Source of the DNA: Cytophagales bacterium
GTDB lineage: Bacteria > Bacteroidota > Bacteroidia > Cytophagales > Cyclobacteriaceae
Assembly: GCA_022360015.1 (NCBI GenBank)
Contig: JAKSDQ010000060.1
Coordinates: 13,922-77,921, forward strand
Reading direction: 5' to 3'
DNA: 64,000 bases
Shown here in pieces: positions 59,901 through 64,000 of this stretch; within the stretch, counting starts at the first letter, position 1, and every line of letters starts with the position of its first letter. The position numbers and the translations under genes were made by a program. The notes beneath the pieces are model-generated. The model made no database searches and had not been told where the DNA came from. It saw only the letters and a program-made list of their open reading frames with translations.

Positions 59901-60666
59901 CAGTCACCTGGTATTCACCCGCAGTCAATCCACTTAAATCTTTTTCGGTCGCTCCATGATCCCATTGGTAAGTGTATGGAGCTACCCCACCACTTACCGA
60001 TAGGGTAATCTGACCGGTGCTGTCCCCCTGACAAAGAATATTGCTTTCGTCATCAAGTGTTCTTACAATGAGCGGTTTTTCCTGGACATCGGCTGTCAGA
60101 ATTTCCTGGCATTGGTTAGCGTCGGTAATTAATACGGAGTACCGTCCTGAATTCACTCCGGTGAGATCTTCGGTGGTAGCTCCTGTATTCCAACTGTATT
60201 TGTAAGGTTCGACGCCTCCCTGAACTGAAATTTCCACGGCACCATTATCATAACCATAACAAAGGATGTCTTTGATATTGTCAATGTCGGCTAATAAGGG
60301 CTTTGGCTCTTCGACCACCACCTCAAGTGTATCGCTACAACTGAAGTTGTCATATACCGCCACCTTGTAAACCCCTGCTTTTATTGCGGCAATGTCTTGC
60401 GTTTTTTCCCCATTGGACCAATAATACTTATAGGGAGGATATCCCCCGCTGGCAGATATATTGATGGCACCTTTGCTCTCTCCATTACATACGTTGTGGG
60501 TGACAGCTTCCAGCTTCACAATGATCTTCGGGGATTGTGTGACTATAATGTTAACTCCTGTTTGTTTTTGAGAAGTTGAGTCCTGCTGTGCAATACTTTC
60601 AAAAGACAGAAAGAAAATACAAAATAGTAAAAAATAAAGTGGTTTGATTCTTGTTAAAATCATCAT
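53965..60666 (-). CDS. Giant secreted protein: 27 SprB-type Ig-like repeats plus a C-terminal OmpA-like peptidoglycan-binding domain
   Basis: Signal peptide; 27 counted ~76-aa repeats (C.G...G.I.V.GG..PY...W..G...D...AG.Y.V.V.DANGC); GHTDSDG...LSEDR and NRRVEF OmpA motifs; no T9SS CTD. Confidence 0.93.
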   Translation of the reverse strand: MMILTRIKPLYFLLFCIFFLSFESIAQQDSTSQKQTGVNIIVTQSPKIIVKLEAVTHNVCNGESKGAINISASGGYPPYKYYWSNGEKTQDIAAIKAGVYKVAVYDNFSCSDTLEVVVEEPKPLLADIDNIKDILCYGYDNGAVEISVQGGVEPYKYSWNTGATTEDLTGVNSGRYSVLITDANQCQEILTADVQEKPLIVRTLDDESNILCQGDSTGQITLSVSGGVAPYTYQWDHGATEKDLSGLTAGEYQVTVKDAVGCTEVSLTTVAEPKPLEIGFDEIRNLRCNGDFGGAININVTGGTQPYQYQWSNGKTMQDIAGIPAGSYSVQVTDKNGCENSIETTLTQPLPLTAKLIKAQNVRHYQGEDGSIDIEVSGGVAPYKFKWSNDKETQNLRGLKAGSYSVRITDAIGCAKILNVTLTQPEPMVVRIYKTQNIACHGDNTGEISVSVIGGVSPYSYQWSSGQTVQDLTQVKAGNYSVVVTDANGHKKQADTVLTEPPAFQASLISAKNIDCHGEYSGGVDIDVAGGVPPYKYRWSNGDNNQDLKNVPAGKYSVKITDANLCEQILEATVTEPEPLQINILKIENINCFGENSGSVDIAVTGGKEPYIFNWSNEATTEDLAGVKAGNYMVTVTDANGCRRQANAEVTEPQLLVVEEDKSNNVDCFGNSTGAISLNVSGGVTPYAYKWNSGQTTKDIEDLVAGEYNVVVTDANGCTKSLSKKITQPDKLVRALHEVTNILCYGDAKGAINIDVNGGVTPYQYKWSNGAISQDIVGVKAGEYNVEIFDANGCRDTLSAVVAQNELLVPKVDVTSINCNGLLQGAVNLTVQGGVKPYKYAWSNGAETEDITKLPAGNYSVMVTDAKGCSKTIDAQIMEPPLFVASLESDNDILCNSENTGNVNIRVSGGTKPYKFVWNNGASTQNLSNVKAGFYELKATDAKGCLQTVTTTITEPSAIVQSVKSVTNVLCHGNEEGAIDVSVIGGVGPYQYKWNNGAATQDLEAVPAGKYSLKLRDAHGCVKTLDAEITQPDLLNLTLDNIEHILCHGDLKGKIDVTVAGGVKPYAYSWSNGSTTEDIGELPAGSYTLTVTDANGCAQTLTAAVKQPPLLRARIAKTKQILCNGATNGAVSVEVAGGSKPYKFNWSNGNTSQNLLDVGAGTYTLNIEDANGCTQTLKAVINEPSKLISSLVNTKNVSCFNGTDGYVNIAVKGGVAPYQYKWSNGATTQDLTDIPHGNYAVGISDANGCRDSVPAVQISHPPLLEVEVVDVKHVLINGDKAGAIDISVKGGVTPYQYSWSNGATTEDIGKVPGGDYSANVMDANGCEKKVIATINQPPPLVISLDHVKDILCHGDALGAIDISVTGGAPPYAFSWSNGASTQNISSIEAGEYTVTVKDQNGNEKRLSTTVAEPTPLIVSKDFIENINCFQDNTGSINVTVTGGIEPYQYEWNTGAKTQDISGLKAGEYTLTVTDGNQCQKTFNQIITEPALFTAEISETSHVKCKGIDEGAVKLHVNGGVTPYSYYWSNGEKTKDITGVHAGEYEVTITDANGCTNELHVNITEPSELLASVENVTNNRCFGEQKGAISLGVEGGTSPYSFEWNNGSTSQNLTNLPKGDYEVNVKDANGCSKILTANISEPNGLIATLLDKDDVKCAGDKTGKLLVGIEGGIKPYSYIWNSGQTTKDISEVPAGKYQLAVTDKNDCKTTLDTVIEQPGPLMISKDTVHNIICYGDSKGFVDINVKGGVYPYEYKWSNGAVSEDIVNVMAGSYQVRVNDANGCEQTFTTAIKQPERLIIELDSLVNNECSGKQNGSISISAKGGVAPYEYYWNDGQKTPGIKNLAAGRYVATLTDANGCITNYSAEITQPYELVKSIDAITDVRCHGEETGSINVTVMGGVQPYSFEWNNGATSRDIHQVAAGAYSLKIKEGNGCESTLSAVIEEPPPFLASVGKVTDVACFGYERGAIDIDVKGGIEPYQFTWSNGAETQNLRNIGADSYAAMITDANGCIKTVNAEVSEPPLLELRIDSVKNVKCCGDNSGAIYISVHGGVAPYDYQWSNGAKTQDIENLVLGVYTVNVTDANGCIVSTPDNMTLYEQVVSKGKFTTRDINFDVSKSTIKPESFTTINRIATFMKEHPGISFRIDGHTDSDGSDAFNQKLSEDRSEAIKRALIKFGIRESRLESKGWGESKPIASNVTKEGKALNRRVEFIALTGTLEGTLIENEENIIPEQ

Positions 60667-60690
60667 TAGTAAAAACGGTTGAATACGTCA

Positions 60691-60698
60691 CAAAAGTA
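60691..60698 (-). promoter_or_regulatory. -7 promoter element for the SprB-OmpA gene
   Basis: TACTTTTG, 24 bp upstream of ATG 60666; no clear -33 box. Confidence 0.5.
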
Positions 60699-61173
60699 GC
60701 ACTGAACATCAGCTTAACTTGTTGGATATCGTCTGAAAATATACGTACGTAAGTTTTAGTCTATCAAACTTGTCTCGAATCTGAATAGTTTAGGCCGGAT
60801 AGGATACCTGTTTCACCTGGCATGGAAATGAAAACGATGATTACAATTGAACCCAAAATCCTCAAAAAAGGCCCAATCCATAAAGAATTTTAGAAAATGT
60901 TAAAAGAAAGGGTTTTTAATATGGTACTGATTAATGAAAAATCAGGGATGGGTGTTGGTAAAGATGTCAAACCGGCAACCTCACTGACTTACAAGGGTGA
61001 AGGGATCGGTTTGAAAATCGAATGAAAGTTTTTCTACATGATTTATGCTGATTGGCTGAATTCGAGCCTTCTTTTCAGTTAATGCTGAAGACATCATCGA
61101 TGCCCATACAAGTATTTCAATTCACGCATACTTTAATCTCTGACGTTTTGTATTCTTGCTTTAGCTGGTTATA

Positions 61174-61670
61174 TTGGAAGCTATGAAATCCATGTGGGCA
61201 CGAGTATCAGACCTCAATGCTTTACTTATTGCCTTGAAAAAAGGTGATGAAAACGCACTGGCATCGATATTTGATCTGTACAGCAGCAAGGTTTATGCTT
61301 TTTGTTATAAAAGGTTGAAGTCAAAAGATCTTTCTGACGATGTTGTTATGGAGGTTTTCACAAAATTATGGGATAAACGAAACCCCCTCAAGCTAGACAC
61401 CTCTTTTGAAGCTTATCTTTTTACGATAGCCAAAAACCACCTTGCAAACGTACTCAAAAAGATTGCCAGGGATGAGCACCTGCAAAAGCAGTTAATTCAT
61501 TCTTCCCAGTATTATCATCACCTTGAAGATGAAAATCCTTACGAGGAGTACCTGACGCTGGCAGAGCAGTTTGTGAATAAAATGCCTCCCCAGCAACAAA
61601 AGGTTTTTCGACTTCGCCTGGAAGAAGGGCCCAGTTACAAAGAAATTGGCCATAAATTAGGCCTTTCAAA
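61174..61670 (+). pseudogene. ECF sigma-70 factor truncated within region 4
   Basis: FDLYSSKVYAF...DVVMEVFTKLW...AYLFTIAKN region 2; MPPQQQKVFRL...SYKEIGHKLGLSK, then loss of similarity. Confidence 0.8.
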
Positions 61671-62270
61671 ATGCCCATCTCGCTGGAAGTGCATGACCAA
61701 AACCCGGAGGAATTCCTGCACCGGATCGAGCAGCAAACCGGTTTGAATTTCGTTTATCAAAAATCCCTTGTCGCCAGTGAAAGGAGCCACTCGGGATCAT
61801 ACAGCGAAGTGCCCTTGTATGATGTGCTGCTTGAATTGTCTACCATTTACAATTTAGCATTCAGAAGGGTAGACGACGTGGTAAACATAAAAAAACGTGC
61901 GTCATCGAAAATACCTGTCGAAGAAATCATCTCGGACAGGATGATTACTGGCAAAGTTACCGACGAAACCGCCACCCCCCTGACCGGTGCCACAGTCCAG
62001 GTAAAAGGGAACCTCCGCATAGGGACCGTCACTGATATTAATGGCCGTTACGCATTAAGCATCCCCGACGATGCCACCACCCTTGTCTTTTCTTATATCG
62101 GTTTTTTGCCACAGGAAATTGACGTTAGCAGCCTATCGGTTGTTGATGTGGTATTGCAGCCGGATTTAAGAGAGTTGAGTGAGATAACTGTTGTTTCTAC
62201 GGGGTACTATGAGGTGGAGCAGCGGCTTAACCCAGGTAACATCGTCAAACTAGACGCAGAAACTATTGAT
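61671..62270 (+). pseudogene. SusC/RagA N-terminal fragment (STN + CarboxypepD-like + start of plug)
   Basis: ISLEV...IEQQTGLNFVY (STN), ITGKVTDE...PLTGATVQVKG...GTVTDINGRY...LVFSYIG, EITVVSTGY; no signal peptide and no barrel. Confidence 0.85.
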
Positions 62271-62598
62271 TCACCTCATACGCGCTGAAGCCAGAGCACA
62301 GCAAGGCAATATTTCCGGAGCGCAGGAAGATTTGAACGTCATTAGGACAAGAGCTGGCCTGCCAAATACATCTGCCAGCGATCAAACAAGCCTATTGCTG
62401 ACTGTGGAACAGGAAAGACGCTTTGAGCTATTCAGCGAGTATGGTCAGCGCTGGCTTGATTTGGTGCGAACCAATAGAGCAACAGCCGTGCTAGGCCCAA
62501 TAAAGGAAAGATGGGATGAAACCGATCGCCTATGGCCAGTCCCACAGCGGGAATTCCTGATTAATCCGAATTTGGGTAATCAGAATCCCGGCTATTGA
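62271..62598 (+). pseudogene. SusD/RagB C-terminal fragment
   Basis: LIRAEA...DLNVIRTRAGL...ERRFELFSE.G.RWLDLVR...WPVPQ.E...NPNL.QNPGY. Confidence 0.88.
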
Positions 62599-62675
62599 TC
62601 AATGTAATAATCCCGGATTTCATTGCGGGATCACATAAGCAAAAGAAATTTTTTAAACAATAATACCAGATTTAT

Positions 62676-63098
62676 ATGTTAGACAATAAAGCTGTTGTCT
62701 TACTCGCTGTAGCAGTTGGAGGAGTTAGTTCTATGCCTTCCCTAAGATGGTACCGGGATATGACAAGGACGCAAGAGAATACTATCCACAAATCAAGTCA
62801 AAGACTATTAAGTTCCATGACTGAGGGCCCCTTGGTTATGAACATTTATGCAAATATTCTTAACGCAAATTTTGGATCTGCTACATCATTCTCCACGTTT
62901 TTGGCAGATGGTGCTGTTGTAGAGCACATTTTTCAGTTTTTAGACACAGATGGAAATGTGTTAGCATCTACAACGTTACCAGAGGCCTTTTTTCTGTCAT
63001 TACCACGCTTTAACAACTTTACTTTTGGGCTGGTAGGTCGTACGGATGATGGTTCCGGAGGAAGCGACCTTTCAGTACTGGATATAGAGCATTTTTAG
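62676..63098 (+). pseudogene. Fragment of an unrecognised gene
   Basis: Contains FQFLDTDGNVLASTTL...LVGRTDDG..G..LS, a motif shared with 63442-63780; in an eroded region. Confidence 0.4.
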
Positions 63099-63441
63099 TA
63101 GCAAATAGTGTTCTCGTTAAGCAAGCATAGAGGGGTACTGGCAATTTTCTTTAAACACACAGAATAATTCCGGTTAAGCAATTACGTATCCTCGCTTAAA
63201 GTCACCCCTCCTGTCTATGCTATTTTATTCAATTAAAAATGCAAATTGTAAACTAGCAGCCATCGCTTTGAATATTCCATTGGATAAGTTTTATTCAAAA
63301 AATATTGAGCCGGGTAGATGGCCTAAAATGAAGAATGCCATGAAACAAATTGAAGATCGTCTATTTAAACATAGAGATGAATCACCCAAGGAGAACGAGT
63401 GATGTCTGTCAGTCGGCAAGGTCAATGCCCTTACCCGATTA

Positions 63442-63780
63442 GTGCCCGGACAGTGTAAAAAGTGGCAAAACAATCCATCGGAACGAGTCGGTGACACCTT
63501 CATAGTGGTCAATAATTTGGCGTATCAAGCTGTTTCCAAGTTTGAAAAATTTGAAGGAAGAAACTTCATTCGGCAATATGAATTCCAATACCTGGATGCA
63601 GGAGGTAGGGTACTTACCTCAGCAACTGTACGCCCAATTAGTAATAGGGTAGTGTTGAAAAACATTACCCTGCCTCTAATCGGCAGGTTCGATGATGGAG
63701 AAAGAGGAAATAATTTGTCTTTTAGCACGGATGGCATCCCCGGTCATTGGCAAGCTGGTGTAGCACCGGAACGTCGATAA
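63442..63780 (+). pseudogene. Second fragment with the same unrecognised motif
   Basis: FQYLDAGGRVLTSATV...LIGRFDDG..G.NLS. Confidence 0.4.
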
Positions 63781-64000
63781 AGTCAATCAGGTACTCCGGA
63801 TCATTTACGCAGGTAACCTCCTCATAAACAAGGGCCAAGAAAGAATTCATGAGATAAGAAAAATCATAATTCCCCTATCTCCTGAAGAGGGCACCCCGGT
63901 ACTTTTTTCAATCAACAATATTTCCGTAAAGTGTCTGTATACCACCGCTAAGCCGGCGTTATAGATATTATCAATACTGCCATAAATTAATTCAATAAAT

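Noticed and set aside
53965-60666. Idea that the giant gene arose by a recent 12-repeat block duplication (Cys losses at repeats 5/6 and 17/18)
   Set aside because: Repeats 12 apart do not look more similar to each other by eye than to other repeats; a dot-plot would be needed.
53965-60666. Giant OmpA-domain protein as the YfiB partner of the YfiR paralogs
   Set aside because: It is about 30 kb away, is not a lipoprotein, and shares only the generic OmpA domain.
60968-61013. Hairpin CAAACCG...CGGTTTG upstream of the ECF sigma gene
   Set aside because: No U-tract and no recognisable RNA family; a single short stem is expected by chance.
445-63737. Many ORF-track entries antisense to or nested in long genes (e.g. 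445-654, 4196-4609, 9974-10492, 45577-46281, and the + strand ORFs inside 53965-60666)
   Set aside because: Shadow frames of well-supported genes; no motifs or independent expression signals.
1-64000. tRNA, rRNA, transposase, integrase and prophage genes
   Set aside because: No cloverleaf or rRNA signatures and no DDE, tyrosine-recombinase or phage structural motifs recognised; tRNAscan-SE and ISEScan would confirm.

Overview
A 64-kb chromosomal window from a Bacteroidota bacterium, most likely Cytophagales. The assignment rests on gene content (SprB repeats, SusC/SusD relics, class-II GlyRS, type-2 IleRS) and on repeated TTTG-N19/20-TAnnTTTG sigma-ABfr promoters. Most of the window is housekeeping: rny, zapA, pheT, radC, rpsT, mutS, tag, prfA, lspA, ileS, dgt, glyQS and gltX. 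The main hidden feature is a sulfur-assimilation operon at 8.5-14.4 kb (ferredoxin, metZ, sulfite reductase, uroporphyrinogen methyltransferase, cysH) with layered RNA-level control that the ORF track misses: a SAM-I riboswitch, then a 37-aa leader ORF ending in six consecutive Cys codons, then an internal Cys-rich leader with a terminator/antiterminator attenuator before the sulfite reductase. A Cys-alternating micro-ORF (MECGCGCQCGCE) abuts the last stop codon. Other notable elements are a 2233-aa protein of 27 SprB-type repeats ending in a peptidoglycan-binding OmpA domain rather than a T9SS signal, with cysteine covariation suggesting inter-repeat disulfides; three YfiR paralogs near an output-less HAMP-GAF-PAS receptor; a CxxC-plug TonB receptor plus thioredoxin behind a DtxR/MntR-like palindrome; a nested palindromic element; and many deletion-eroded gene relics, including a collapsed ECF-sigma/SusC/SusD locus. 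No tRNA, rRNA, CRISPR array or intact transposase was seen. All family assignments come from motif recognition, not database searches.
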